A stretch of 64,000 nucleotides of DNA from an uncultured bacterium (GTDB lineage Bacteria > JAJVIF01 > JAPKYR01), in the NCBI GenBank assembly GCA_965369865.1, contig CBDURU010000004.1:10493-74492 (forward strand), given 5' to 3'. The notes beneath the pieces were generated by a model that saw nothing but the letters and a program-made list of their open reading frames with translations, was not told the DNA's origin and searched no databases. Both the position numbers and the translations under genes were made by a program. Position 1 is the first letter of the stretch. Each line of letters begins with the position of its first letter. This document shows, one piece after another, positions 40,421-50,874 of the stretch.

Positions 40421-41464
40421 ATGAATAAACAATATTTACTTCAGATAGCTGATTTCTGGAAGACACGGATACTCCTTACGGCAGTCGACTTAGAAATATT
40501 CCCGCTCCTGCAGGAACCTGTTACAGCTTCGTATGTCGCTACAGCTAAAGATCTCGATACTGGGGCAACCGAACGTCTCATGGACGCTCTCGTCGCGTTG
40601 GAAATTCTCCATAAGACCGATAATGATTATGAAATCACCCACCACTACAAGAATGAACTTGGGGATGGTGTGCATTCCATTATCGGGATGCTGAGGCACC
40701 GGCTTCACCTTTGGAAATCCTGGTCCATGCTCAGTGAGATTGTCAGGTCCGGAAAATGCTACTACGAATTAAAGGGTTCATATGATGAGCGTGGTGAAAA
40801 TCTTGGGGATTTCATCCGTGCGATGGCGGCGTCCGGGGCAGGTGTTGCGGAAGAAACATTAATCGCGCTGGACCTTGAAGCTTTTGGGGGAGTAGGGGAT
40901 GTCGATTCGGTTCTCGATATCGGTGGAGGGCCGGCGATCTTCGCGATTGAATTCTGCAAAGCCCTTCCTGGAATCAGGATGGTAATTCTCGACCGTCCGG
41001 GCGTGAAAGAAATCGCGGCGGAATTTCTTGAGAATTCTCCGTATAAGGATCAAATTTCATTTATTGATGGCGATGTGCTGACAGTCGATGACGCGGGTGT
41101 TACCGGTGAAGCGGGAGATAAAAAATTCGACATTGTTTTCGCGTCTAACCTGATTCATTCGATGTCCCCCCATGAGGTTCGGGAACTTTTAAGTCGGATG
41201 GGTAGATGGGCCAATCCCGGCGGGCAGATCGTGTTGAAGGATTTCTATCTCGAGGACAATCGAACACACCCCTCGCAATCGGCTTTATTCGATATCAATA
41301 TGCTCACGAATACCCCGGAAGGAAAGAGTTACACGTGGTCGGAAGTTGAAGCCATGATGAATGACCTAGTAGATGAGAATGGCGAGAAAGTGGTTAAGAA
41401 AACCAGTCATGTTTATCTAAGCGATGGATTTTCCGGGATGATTGTCGCTGATGTGAATGGATGA
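40421..41464 (+). CDS. SAM-dependent O-methyltransferase (dimerisation domain plus Methyltransf_2)
   Basis: N-terminal wHTH (TAVDLEIF...RLMDALV), LDIGGG, SNLIH and FDINML motifs. Confidence 0.85.
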   Translation: MNKQYLLQIADFWKTRILLTAVDLEIFPLLQEPVTASYVATAKDLDTGATERLMDALVALEILHKTDNDYEITHHYKNELGDGVHSIIGMLRHRLHLWKSWSMLSEIVRSGKCYYELKGSYDERGENLGDFIRAMAASGAGVAEETLIALDLEAFGGVGDVDSVLDIGGGPAIFAIEFCKALPGIRMVILDRPGVKEIAAEFLENSPYKDQISFIDGDVLTVDDAGVTGEAGDKKFDIVFASNLIHSMSPHEVRELLSRMGRWANPGGQIVLKDFYLEDNRTHPSQSALFDINMLTNTPEGKSYTWSEVEAMMNDLVDENGEKVVKKTSHVYLSDGFSGMIVADVNG

Positions 41465-41483
41465 AAATGTATAGAACCCGTAT

Positions 41484-41548
41484 CAGAGCCGCGAATGTTA
41501 ATGAGGGGATTTCCACTGGTACACCACTCACTGACGTTCGGGGCTCTG
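41484..41548. repeat. Inverted REP-like pair between convergent genes
   Basis: cagagccgcgaatgttaatgagggg versus reverse complement cagagccccgaacgtcagtgagtgg; related single copy near 61805-61829. Confidence 0.65.
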
Positions 41549-43477
41549 TTACAGACGTACAGGTCGGCATTCTTTATAGATCTGGTGCAATCCACAGGAA
41601 AGGCACCTGGATTCATTGCAGTCGGGGATCGTTATTTCATCGAGCGCGCGATGCCAGTCCTCCTTTAACCAGTCCTTATCGACCCCGCACGACAGGTGAT
41701 CCCATGGCAGAATCTCGTCGATATCCCGTCCGCCGGAATACTCTTCAGGAACAATTCCCGTTTCCTTGAAAGCTGCGTCCCAGAGATCGGGGGCGCACCG
41801 GTCGCCCCATGCGTCGAACCTGGCCCCCAGGCTGTATGCTTTCTCTATGGCGTCCGCCAGTCGACTGTCTCCGCGTGCCATGATGCCCTCGACCCAGCTC
41901 GATCCTGAATCATGATATGAATATTCCACTCCTTTGATCCGGCGGAGTTCGGTGAGAAGTTTCTGCTTCCGGTTCAATTCCTCACCCGAATTCATCGGTG
42001 CCCACTGAAACGGGGTGTGCGATTTAGGGACAAAACTCGATACGCTGACTTTAATTTTCAAATTCCCGATTTCCGTCCTGCCTTCCTTTTTCAATTTCCT
42101 GGCTAAACCGCGTATCCGTCCGACAAGGTCGATAATCCCCAGCACATCCTCATCCGTCTCGGTTGGAAGGCCGATCATGAAATAGAGCTTGATTAAATTC
42201 CATCCCGATTCAACCGTGCTGGTAACGGCCATCTCAATATCTTCATCGGTTACCTCCTTGTTGATTACAGCCCTTAAACGCGACGTGGCGGCTTCGGGAG
42301 CGATCGTAAGTCCGCCTTTCCTGCTTGATTTCAGAAGTTCCAGCAAATCGCTATCGATTGCGGCGACCCTGTTTGACGGGAGGGTAATTCTCAGGTGAAA
42401 ATCCCTGGACTTATCCTGCATCCGCTTTATGAATTCCTTGAGACCGGGGTAATCGGTCGCGGACAACGCAAGGAAACTCTGTTCCTGCAGTCCGGTGTGC
42501 TCGAGCAATTTTTCAGCCTGGTCGACAATTCGATCGACCGATCTTTCCCGGTACGGACGATAGATCATCCCGGCGTTACAGAACCTGCACCCATGAGTGC
42601 ATCCGCGGATCGGTTCGATTGTCACCCGATTCGATACGCCCTGCATATGAGGTGTCGGCGGATCGAGAACCCATGCTGAATTCTCAAGATCCGTGATCAA
42701 CGCTTTTTGAATAACTTCAGGACCGCCGGCAGTGTTCTTTATACTTATTATAGATCCCCGGTCATCGCGGAGAATTTCAAAATGGCCCGGAACGTAAACT
42801 CCCTGTATTGGTTTCGATCCTCCCGCTCCCCCCCAGGCATCCAGAATTTCAGATTTTACTGCCTTTTCACGTTCGATATTTCCCCGGGCGGAATCAATTT
42901 CGTCACGTCTTTTTAAAATCTCATCCGCCATCTCAAGCACAGCTTCCTCGCCATCCCCAAGGAGAACCGCGTCGACAAATGGCGCGATCGGTTCGGGATT
43001 GAACGCAGCCGGCCCGCCCGCGATCACAAGCGGTAATCCCCGGTCCTCCGCTCGAAGGGGAAGGCCCGCGAGGTCAATTACCTGGAGAAGATTTGTATAG
43101 CTCAATTCATGGGTCAGCGATACCCCGATAACATCGAAACGGTGAGCCGGATGGTAACTTTCCAGTGAGTAAAGCGGCGTACCGGTCTCGCGCATTAATT
43201 TTTCCATATCCGGCCACAGCGAATACGCGCGTTCGGCGAGTATATCAATGTGTGAATTGAGAATTTCCTGGATAAGGCGGTGTCCGAGATTCCCGACCGC
43301 GATTTCATAGACATCGGGGAAAACAATTAAGATCCGGGCTTTCGCTTTGTCCCAGTCTTTTTTCCGAATCCCGATTTCCCCCGCGAAATACCGTCCGGGT
43401 TTGGCTACATGCGGGAGAATGTCATCGAGACGTTTTTTAATGGCGTCCGGGGAGTTTTCATTTTCATTGCTTGTCAC
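41549..43477 (-). CDS. TIGR03960-family B12-binding radical SAM protein
   Basis: KPGRY..GE, FPDVYE, RGCTHGCRFC (CxxxCxxC), YFMIGLPTE, FVPKSHTPFQW, GARFDAW. Confidence 0.9.
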   Translation of the reverse strand: MTSNENENSPDAIKKRLDDILPHVAKPGRYFAGEIGIRKKDWDKAKARILIVFPDVYEIAVGNLGHRLIQEILNSHIDILAERAYSLWPDMEKLMRETGTPLYSLESYHPAHRFDVIGVSLTHELSYTNLLQVIDLAGLPLRAEDRGLPLVIAGGPAAFNPEPIAPFVDAVLLGDGEEAVLEMADEILKRRDEIDSARGNIEREKAVKSEILDAWGGAGGSKPIQGVYVPGHFEILRDDRGSIISIKNTAGGPEVIQKALITDLENSAWVLDPPTPHMQGVSNRVTIEPIRGCTHGCRFCNAGMIYRPYRERSVDRIVDQAEKLLEHTGLQEQSFLALSATDYPGLKEFIKRMQDKSRDFHLRITLPSNRVAAIDSDLLELLKSSRKGGLTIAPEAATSRLRAVINKEVTDEDIEMAVTSTVESGWNLIKLYFMIGLPTETDEDVLGIIDLVGRIRGLARKLKKEGRTEIGNLKIKVSVSSFVPKSHTPFQWAPMNSGEELNRKQKLLTELRRIKGVEYSYHDSGSSWVEGIMARGDSRLADAIEKAYSLGARFDAWGDRCAPDLWDAAFKETGIVPEEYSGGRDIDEILPWDHLSCGVDKDWLKEDWHRALDEITIPDCNESRCLSCGLHQIYKECRPVRL

Positions 43478-43571
43478 GGTTACACATTATACAGAAACTG
43501 GAGCCGCTACGGGATGACAGCCCGTATCATCGCGTGTTAGAATGCTCGGTCAATAGTTAACCTTAATACCG

Positions 43572-43955
43572 ATGCCAGAAACCAATGAATTAATCGTACT
43601 TTTTATTGCCATCGCCATGGGCGCGGTTGGCCAGATCGCCATGAAAGCCGGTATGAACCGTGTTAAGGAGAAATCCGGCGGTGATCTCGGCCCTATGATC
43701 AAGGCCCTTCCCAGGATTTTCACCGATATCTATGTCCTTGCCGGGGTAACTATTTATGTGTTGTCGACGGTGCTCTGGTTATGGGTTCTTTCGAAAGTGC
43801 CACTCTCGTTCGCTTACCCGTGCATCAGCATCAGTTATATCATCATCATTATTGCAGGAAAGTGGGTATTTAAAGAACGGATCGATAAATGGAAAATCGC
43901 GGCGATCGTGCTGATCCTGCTCGGAGTCGCGGCGTTAGGATTGAGTGAAATATAA
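43572..43955 (+). CDS. SMR/EamA-like small transporter (ArnE/ArnF-like)
   Basis: 4 TM helices; GQIAMKAG and LSKVPLSFAYP motifs. Confidence 0.8.
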   Translation: MPETNELIVLFIAIAMGAVGQIAMKAGMNRVKEKSGGDLGPMIKALPRIFTDIYVLAGVTIYVLSTVLWLWVLSKVPLSFAYPCISISYIIIIIAGKWVFKERIDKWKIAAIVLILLGVAALGLSEI

Positions 43956-44380
43956 TGGCCTCCACTCCCGAAACAGCAGGGAAAACAGCATCAATAACGA
44001 TGGTAATTTTCATCATCTCGATGGTGTTCCTGGCAGGTGTTGGGCAATTATTCATTAAATATGGGGTGAATCAGGTCACCGATCAAATCGGCCATTTCCC
44101 AACCGACCCGGTGGGATTCATTAAACTTGTTTTCTTCTGGCCGGTATTCTCGGGACTGTGCATCTATTTCTTCTTCGGTATGGCATGGTTGAAAATACTC
44201 GCCGATGTGCCGGTTAGCTTTGCATTCCCTTTTCTTGCGATCAGTTATATCGTGATAATTATTGGAAGCTACTTGTTCCTTGGCGAGAATATAAACATCC
44301 TGAAACTATTCGCTATTGCGCTCATAATTATGGGTGTAATCTGCCTCTCCCGTTCCGATACAACCCAGGCCGCAACGTAA
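43955..44380 (+). CDS. SMR/EamA-like small transporter, probable heterodimer partner
   Basis: 4 TM helices; GQLFIKYG, VPVSFAFP, LFLGE; TAATG coupling. Confidence 0.8.
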   Translation: MASTPETAGKTASITMVIFIISMVFLAGVGQLFIKYGVNQVTDQIGHFPTDPVGFIKLVFFWPVFSGLCIYFFFGMAWLKILADVPVSFAFPFLAISYIVIIIGSYLFLGENINILKLFAIALIIMGVICLSRSDTTQAAT

Positions 44381-44582
44381 ATAAAATATGATGTCAGGTT
44401 CTCCCGACTACCCTGCCACGGGGCAAATCCCGCCTTCCATGGCTTATTTTAATCGAATCCAACCAGACTTAAAAAATGGGCTCTTGTTAGGATATGTTTA
44501 ATTTAACTTTAATTATATAGCCTCTGTACAGGCGATTCTAATTTGATTGTATGTGTAAAGTACTGAATCTTTTGGAGCTAAA

Positions 44583-46748
44583 GTGTCCGGATCAAATAAC
44601 TTATCCCTGCTTCTGGCATCAAACAATGATTCGCTTGCAAACGAATTAATTGATGCCGGTTTAAATATCTCCCGCAGTAGCGACGGTTTCGAAACTATCC
44701 GCATGGCCATTGAATCGAACCCGGACGCGGTTATCCTTGACTGTAAAAACAATGGGCTTCCACCTCCTTCAGTGGCAATCTGGTTAAAACTGAACCCATC
44801 GACTCATTCACTCCCTGTCATAGGTTTAAACGGAGGTGAAATGTTCTGGCAGGAGGCTGTGATCGATGCGGAAATTCCGTATGGCGATTCAATCGACAAA
44901 CTTGTCTCGATCACAGAAGAACTGGTCAGAAACAAACGTGTGCTCAGTGATCAGGATAAAAACGAGATAATTCAGAATTTTGATCCATTGGATATAACCC
45001 TGGACCTTATTTCAACCTACCGGGAACGTCTCGGGCTGGCAAGTGCCATGATCGAGCTCGCAAGCCTTCAGCATGACCTTGGCGATTTCGAATACACGAT
45101 TAAGTCAATTCTTGAGGTGACCGGACATGCAATTGGAAGCAAGCTGGTAGCCCTTACGCTTATTCGAGAGCGTTCGCATTATATCCTGGTGCGCGGTAAC
45201 GATTCCTGCGATTCAGATCTGGTAAAGCTCGAGGATTATTCCTTATCGAGACTAAACGAGTATATGGACAAACCGGTTGAAATTGACGACCAACTGGTTT
45301 TTGGACGTCGCAAGGTTAATAAAAATGCCGGGAATCCTGAGATTGAATGTAATTTTTTCGGGCATCCGATTTATTCAAGCGGTAAAACCCTCGGCTACCT
45401 GTCAGGTATAATCGAAAACGATCATTCCACACAATATCTATATGATGGACTGCTTTCCGATCTGACCGCTCAAATCGCGCTTTTACTTGTTAACACCGAA
45501 CTGATCGAAACACACGACAGCTATGTAGGTGAACTTTCGAAGGTGCTTCGAGCGGTCGTTGAGGTTTCAAGTATCAGCCCCCTGTCGGAAACCACATCGA
45601 AGGGCTTTCTCCTTCAGTTTCTCCTGATCGTTCTCGAACTCTGTAACACAAACAAGGGTTGCGTAATTCTTTACGATTCGGAAAGTGAGGAGATAGAAGA
45701 TGTCGCCGCGCTTGGGGTGGAAGAGAATGAGATTCTCTCGTCCCGTATGGACCTTGGGAAGAGCCTCATAGAAACTCTACCGGAGTTGCCGAAATCGGAA
45801 GTTCATATCGACACGGCAAATCTGGGGCACGGAAGAATATCCAGGCTTGTTGTGCCGCTTGCCGCAGGTGAGAAAATTATGGGCGGACTGGTTGTTCTTG
45901 GATTCCCGCTCAATTTAAGTCCCAGGATCATCAAGTCGGTTACCACACTGGCGACGCTGGCAGGGTACTTCCTCGACAATCGTGCCCTCCATCAACACAG
46001 TATAAAAACATCGATTATGGAGGACCAGCTTAAGTTCGCCAGGGAAATCCAACTGGAAATGTTGCCCGACGGTAATCCCGAGTACCCCGGTTACGATATT
46101 TTTGGATGCAGTATTCCCGCTAAAGAAGTGGGGGGAGATTTCTTCGATTACCTGCGGCAGGACGGTCTACTGGGTATTTCGGTCGCGGATGTGTGTGGAA
46201 AAAGCATACCCGCAAGCCTTTTAATGACAATGACACGTGCTCTCGTGCTCTCGGCATCCGAGTCTCGCGATCATCCCAACGAGGTCATGCAGTCGGTTAA
46301 TGCACTGCTCACCCGGATAATTACCAGGGGTAAATTCGTGACGAGTTCGTTACTTTATATCTCTAAGGATAATATCGATTACGCGTCCGCAGGACACCAG
46401 CCTCTTCTTGTTTACCGCGCCGCAAATGATGAATTTGAAGAGATCGATCCCGATGGAGTAGCACTTGGAATTGTTGAGCATATGGATTTTGAACACGTCA
46501 ATTTTAAGATGAACGGCGGGGATATTGCCCTGATGTTCACTGACGGGCTTAACGAGGCAATGAACTCGAAGCGCGAGCAGTTCGGATACGAAAATATACG
46601 CACTATTATCCGATCAAACTCGGCAAAAGGGGCGCAGGAGATTGTGGATACATTATTTAATGCCATCAGGAACCATGCCGGTGGCGCAGATCAGTTCGAC
46701 GATACCACTATTGTGATTATAAAGAAAATCAAAGAAGGGAATGAATGA
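44583..46748 (+). CDS. SpoIIE/RsbU-type PP2C phosphatase with degenerate receiver and GAF-like domains
   Basis: AREIQ..MLP, GGDFFD, DVCGK, SAGH, TDG and DD motifs; N-terminal REC-like fold. Confidence 0.85.
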   Translation: MSGSNNLSLLLASNNDSLANELIDAGLNISRSSDGFETIRMAIESNPDAVILDCKNNGLPPPSVAIWLKLNPSTHSLPVIGLNGGEMFWQEAVIDAEIPYGDSIDKLVSITEELVRNKRVLSDQDKNEIIQNFDPLDITLDLISTYRERLGLASAMIELASLQHDLGDFEYTIKSILEVTGHAIGSKLVALTLIRERSHYILVRGNDSCDSDLVKLEDYSLSRLNEYMDKPVEIDDQLVFGRRKVNKNAGNPEIECNFFGHPIYSSGKTLGYLSGIIENDHSTQYLYDGLLSDLTAQIALLLVNTELIETHDSYVGELSKVLRAVVEVSSISPLSETTSKGFLLQFLLIVLELCNTNKGCVILYDSESEEIEDVAALGVEENEILSSRMDLGKSLIETLPELPKSEVHIDTANLGHGRISRLVVPLAAGEKIMGGLVVLGFPLNLSPRIIKSVTTLATLAGYFLDNRALHQHSIKTSIMEDQLKFAREIQLEMLPDGNPEYPGYDIFGCSIPAKEVGGDFFDYLRQDGLLGISVADVCGKSIPASLLMTMTRALVLSASESRDHPNEVMQSVNALLTRIITRGKFVTSSLLYISKDNIDYASAGHQPLLVYRAANDEFEEIDPDGVALGIVEHMDFEHVNFKMNGGDIALMFTDGLNEAMNSKREQFGYENIRTIIRSNSAKGAQEIVDTLFNAIRNHAGGADQFDDTTIVIIKKIKEGNE

Positions 46749-47527
46749 AAATGGCTGCAACCAAAACATCAAGGAAAAAAATCAGGAAAAGTACAACTCG
46801 AAAAAGTACCGGAATTAAGAAATCGACAACGGTTAAGACTGTCGGAAAAAAATCCCGCACTAAAAAAACTACTTCAGGAACCAGGGCAAAATCATCCAAC
46901 ACTAAAATTACAGCGACCCGCCCTGATGTTGTTGGACTTCCGGAACAGGATAAACACCTCGTTGGGAATGTACTCAACACCGAAACAACTCCTGGGATTA
47001 TTCCGGAGTTGCCGATAGAGCCTGAACCACGCACCGACATTTCGATCGACCGGATCGCGTCAGAGATCTCGAGCACTGACACTGACTTCGGAAAAGGGTC
47101 GGAGCTGAATACCGGGACAACCTCACAGGAAACCATGGTTACTGCGATTCTCCCTGATGGCGGTTTCGATATCAGCCGTAAGGTCCTTGCGCGAATCGCA
47201 TCACTGGCCGCGAATGAGATCGATGGTCTCCTCCCTCCGCGCAACGATGCGTTTATTAAATTGATCGATTCTATGCATGGACGCACCGACGGCATAAAGG
47301 TCAATGTCGGGTCGACTGAAGCCGCGGTCGATATGCATATCCGTGTGCAATATGGAACCCATATCCCCGATGTGACCGAACGCCTTCGCGAAAACATCAC
47401 CAGGCGTATTCATCAAATGACCGGTCTCAAAGTCACGGAAATCAACATAAGGGTCCAGGATGTGACAACGGCGGATGATCCTCAGCCTGAAAAAACTGCC
47501 GGTGATCGGCATGCAACTGCTTTGTAG
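46745..47527 (+). CDS. Asp23/Gls24-family protein with Lys/Ser/Thr-rich N-terminal tail
   Basis: ISRKVLARIASLAA.EIDG...GIKV...V.YG..IP.V...MTGL.V.EINI.V.DV; ATGA overlap with the upstream gene. Confidence 0.85.
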   Translation: MKMAATKTSRKKIRKSTTRKSTGIKKSTTVKTVGKKSRTKKTTSGTRAKSSNTKITATRPDVVGLPEQDKHLVGNVLNTETTPGIIPELPIEPEPRTDISIDRIASEISSTDTDFGKGSELNTGTTSQETMVTAILPDGGFDISRKVLARIASLAANEIDGLLPPRNDAFIKLIDSMHGRTDGIKVNVGSTEAAVDMHIRVQYGTHIPDVTERLRENITRRIHQMTGLKVTEINIRVQDVTTADDPQPEKTAGDRHATAL

Positions 47528-47573
47528 CGCCAGGCCTGGATAAAACCAATCGAGGGCGAACAAGCAGGTTGTT

Positions 47574-50500
47574 ATGGGTAAATTTACAAAAATATGCAGC
47601 ATCGGATCAAACTGGATCTCAATCCTGAGATCCAGTAAGAACAGCATGCTTTTCGTAATGGTGATCGCCTGTTTTTCCCTGCTGTTGTATTCAGGTATCG
47701 TTTACTTCTCAACAACCAACCGGGTCATGGAACGACAGGTTATTAACCTTGCCATTTCAAGCCTGGTTGCGACTCTCAGCAACGCCTATCCCTCAGCGAT
47801 TAACAGTTTCGCCGCCGGTTCCAGCAATATTGAGGTTATTGAATCCCTGCAGAATCCTGCAGCCGATCACACCAACGCTGACCATTTCATCCCTTTCATC
47901 CTGATCGGTAATATGGAAATCATCGGTGGAAGTAATCTTCCCAATCATATAGAGGCCGACCTGGTGAAGGTTTTAAGTGCGGACCCTTTTTCCCGGAACC
48001 GATTCCCGTTGGGTGATGAATATGCCGATTCATACATTGTGAAATCAGGCAGAGGTCTGTTTGTTGCAGTAGTCTCACCGGTTACCGAATCCGGCGTGCG
48101 GATCGGTTTGCTGCGCGATATCAAATACCTGCTTTCCTTCGCAGGAAAAATCGAACGTGCTCTTATCGGTTACATGGTCCTGGCTTATCTGGTGTTAATG
48201 GTACTCCTCGTCATTGTACTAAAGATTATCACAAAGCCCCTGGTAACCCTCACCGCTGCCGCAGAGCGTTATGCTAAAGGGGATTTTGATTTCACTGTAG
48301 CTGTCCAAACCGGTGTCACTGAAATGATAATACTGACCGACGCGTTCAATCGCATGGGAGAAGAGCTTAAACTCCAGCATCAATCGCTCGAGGCGTATTC
48401 CAACAAGCTTGTCGAAGCGAATCGCAAGGTGAGTTCGGTAGTTGAAAAACTCAGCATTCGGAATTCTGAACAACAGGTGATGATCGAAGCATCCCTTAAG
48501 GCCAATAAGCTTGCAACGTCCAATGACGTGGTCAGGATGATGATGGAGCTGCTGAGGGATAATCTCAATCTGGAACACCTTGTTTATTTCCTTGAAAATG
48601 AAAATGAAGAATTAATTCCAATGGCTTATCCATGGCTAACTGATCCAGACATGGATACGATAGATGAAAAAACATTTAATGCGGTAAAAGCCTGCCTGGA
48701 TACCCTCGAACCACAAATTGTCCCGGCTGTCCGGGAGGGAGCGTTCCATCTTAATATGTTAAGCGACAAGCTCTATATTCCTGTCTCAAATATACTTGGC
48801 AGACTGGGGGTACTTGAACTCACTTCCGACATTGGAAAATCATTCGATCCTGAGACTCAACAGTTCTGCATGCATTTTATTACCCACATGGAAGTAATTA
48901 TCAGGAACAAATCCCTGTACCATGAGACAATTCGAAGGAGCCACGAACTCGAACGAATCAACCAGATCTCTCAGGCAATTTCCGGAAAGCTTGATATGGA
49001 GCCGCTTATCAGGGATGTTGTCGAATACACCGAGAGCACTATCAAGGCCGATTGTGCATTCGTAGGGCTTATCGTGAGATCCAGGCTTGAAATTATGCAT
49101 ATACAGCCCGATGTACCGGGTATCGAATCCTGGGCCGTGGATATTGATAAGAATAATATAATTTCCACAATCGTGAATTCGGCTCAGGAGCTGCTTATCA
49201 GCGATATCCATGATAGCGTGGATTATTTCGATGAAATAAACAGCCCTTTCATCAAAGCTAATGGTTTTAATTCAATTATTGGCTGTCCGATTCTCAACAA
49301 GGGCCAGGTTACCGGTGTTATCTGTGGATTTTCACACAAAACCAACGCGTTCACATCAAGCGACGCCTATTTCCTTGGCCTTCTGGCAAGCCAGGTTGCC
49401 ATCGCACTGGAGAATGCCAGGTTGTTTGATGAGATTCTGACTCGAGACAAACGAAGGGATCATCAGCTCAAGATGGCTCAGAAACTCCAGGCTGACCGAA
49501 TGCCGGCCTTCTTCAAGCAGAATGTCGCCGCGGTAAGCTGTGAACTTCAGCCTGCCGATGAGCTTGCCGGTGATTTCTGTGATGTATTCTCTCTGGGTCG
49601 TCACTCGATTGCCATTGTTATCGGTGACGTTGCCAATAAGGGTGTTGCCGCAAGCCTGATGACATTCAGCATTCTCTCCATGTTCAGAAACGTTGCTAAA
49701 ACCCTTAAACCCCCATGCGATATCCTCGACACGATTAACCGTTCACTGATCGGTCAGGTCAAAGAGGAAGGCTGGTTCGCCACAGCTTTTTACGGTAAGC
49801 TAAACACAAATACAGGCACTTTCACGTACTCTTCGGCAGGACACGAGCAGCCGATCTGGTATCATGCCGATACCGGTGAAGTTGAGAAACTTGATGTTGA
49901 GGGTTATCCGCTTGGACTCTTCAAGTGCTTCACCTATGAAACCGGCGAATTTGTATTGAAAAAGGGTGATCGGATCGTTTTTTATACCGATGGGGTCACT
50001 GACGCGGTCGATGAAAATAATAAGCGTTTCGGCCACCATAGACTGCTTGGTTTTGTCGCTGACAGTGGACATCTTTCAGCCGAGGAATTCACCTCAACCC
50101 TGGTAAGGAAGGTCGAAGAATTTACAGGGGGACGTAAGCAGAAAGACGATATAATCGTTTCGATGCTGGAAATGCAGGAGGACCCCTGGATACATAAGTC
50201 AGTTAAATTCTCGGAATCCGCCCAGCTTATACAGGACATCCTCGACGGGCTTGCCCCATATGAGCTTTCTCCTGAAGAAACTTATTCGATCCGCCTCGCG
50301 ATTGATGAAGCCCTTGCAAATGCCTGGAAGCACGGACTCAATGAGGATGATCAGGCACCATTCAAAGTCAGTTACCTTATCGCAGATGAAGGATTCAGGA
50401 TTCGGGTCACAGATCCCGGTTCCGGTTTCGATCACGAAAGCCTGCCTGATCCGACCGTTCCCGAAAACCTGTATAAGGCCAACGGACGGGGCGTGTTCCT

Positions 50501-50747
50501 CATCCGCCAGATGATGGATGAAGTCGAATATAACAGTAATGGCAACGAAATTTCCGTAATGAAACGATTTGTGCCATCTGATGACCGCGGAGAGGGAACC
50601 TACGATGACCTTGTCCTGCCTGCCAGGCTTGACATCGTTAAACAGCGGTCGTCCCTTGACAAGGCTAAAACCGCAGAAGCTTCCAATGAAGATGAGGTTT
50701 CGGAAGCTGATAAAGCTGATAATATTGTCAAGCCCCAATTCGATTAA
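47574..50747 (+). CDS. Membrane HAMP-GAF-GAF-PP2C phosphatase fused to RsbW-like HATPase kinase
   Basis: 2 TM helices, HAMP (KPL..L..AA...AKGDF...AFNRM), GAF (QVAIALENARL), PP2C (GDFCD, DVANKG, TDG, DD), HATPase (EALANAWKHG, DPGSGFD, GRGVFLI). Confidence 0.88.
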   Translation: MGKFTKICSIGSNWISILRSSKNSMLFVMVIACFSLLLYSGIVYFSTTNRVMERQVINLAISSLVATLSNAYPSAINSFAAGSSNIEVIESLQNPAADHTNADHFIPFILIGNMEIIGGSNLPNHIEADLVKVLSADPFSRNRFPLGDEYADSYIVKSGRGLFVAVVSPVTESGVRIGLLRDIKYLLSFAGKIERALIGYMVLAYLVLMVLLVIVLKIITKPLVTLTAAAERYAKGDFDFTVAVQTGVTEMIILTDAFNRMGEELKLQHQSLEAYSNKLVEANRKVSSVVEKLSIRNSEQQVMIEASLKANKLATSNDVVRMMMELLRDNLNLEHLVYFLENENEELIPMAYPWLTDPDMDTIDEKTFNAVKACLDTLEPQIVPAVREGAFHLNMLSDKLYIPVSNILGRLGVLELTSDIGKSFDPETQQFCMHFITHMEVIIRNKSLYHETIRRSHELERINQISQAISGKLDMEPLIRDVVEYTESTIKADCAFVGLIVRSRLEIMHIQPDVPGIESWAVDIDKNNIISTIVNSAQELLISDIHDSVDYFDEINSPFIKANGFNSIIGCPILNKGQVTGVICGFSHKTNAFTSSDAYFLGLLASQVAIALENARLFDEILTRDKRRDHQLKMAQKLQADRMPAFFKQNVAAVSCELQPADELAGDFCDVFSLGRHSIAIVIGDVANKGVAASLMTFSILSMFRNVAKTLKPPCDILDTINRSLIGQVKEEGWFATAFYGKLNTNTGTFTYSSAGHEQPIWYHADTGEVEKLDVEGYPLGLFKCFTYETGEFVLKKGDRIVFYTDGVTDAVDENNKRFGHHRLLGFVADSGHLSAEEFTSTLVRKVEEFTGGRKQKDDIIVSMLEMQEDPWIHKSVKFSESAQLIQDILDGLAPYELSPEETYSIRLAIDEALANAWKHGLNEDDQAPFKVSYLIADEGFRIRVTDPGSGFDHESLPDPTVPENLYKANGRGVFLIRQMMDEVEYNSNGNEISVMKRFVPSDDRGEGTYDDLVLPARLDIVKQRSSLDKAKTAEASNEDEVSEADKADNIVKPQFD

Positions 50748-50836
50748 TAATTCCCAACTGGCCAACCTGGGTGGTAAATAAAAATTCTCAAACATCGATG
50801 TTCAGGGGATTTAATGTTGTTAGAGGTGTTTCATGC

Positions 50837-50845
50837 TGCTATAAT
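50837..50845 (+). promoter_or_regulatory. Extended -10 promoter element of the LysA-like gene
   Basis: TGCTATAAT, then GGAGGA RBS and ATG 50875. Confidence 0.5.
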
Positions 50846-50874
50846 CGCTCTGAACATTGGGAGGACCCGTTATT

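Noticed and set aside
44390..44445. Cobalamin riboswitch (AGTCGGGAGAACCTG resembles the B12 box end); also near 36014
   Set aside because: The other conserved riboswitch elements are missing and no suitable gene follows; better explained as a short dispersed repeat
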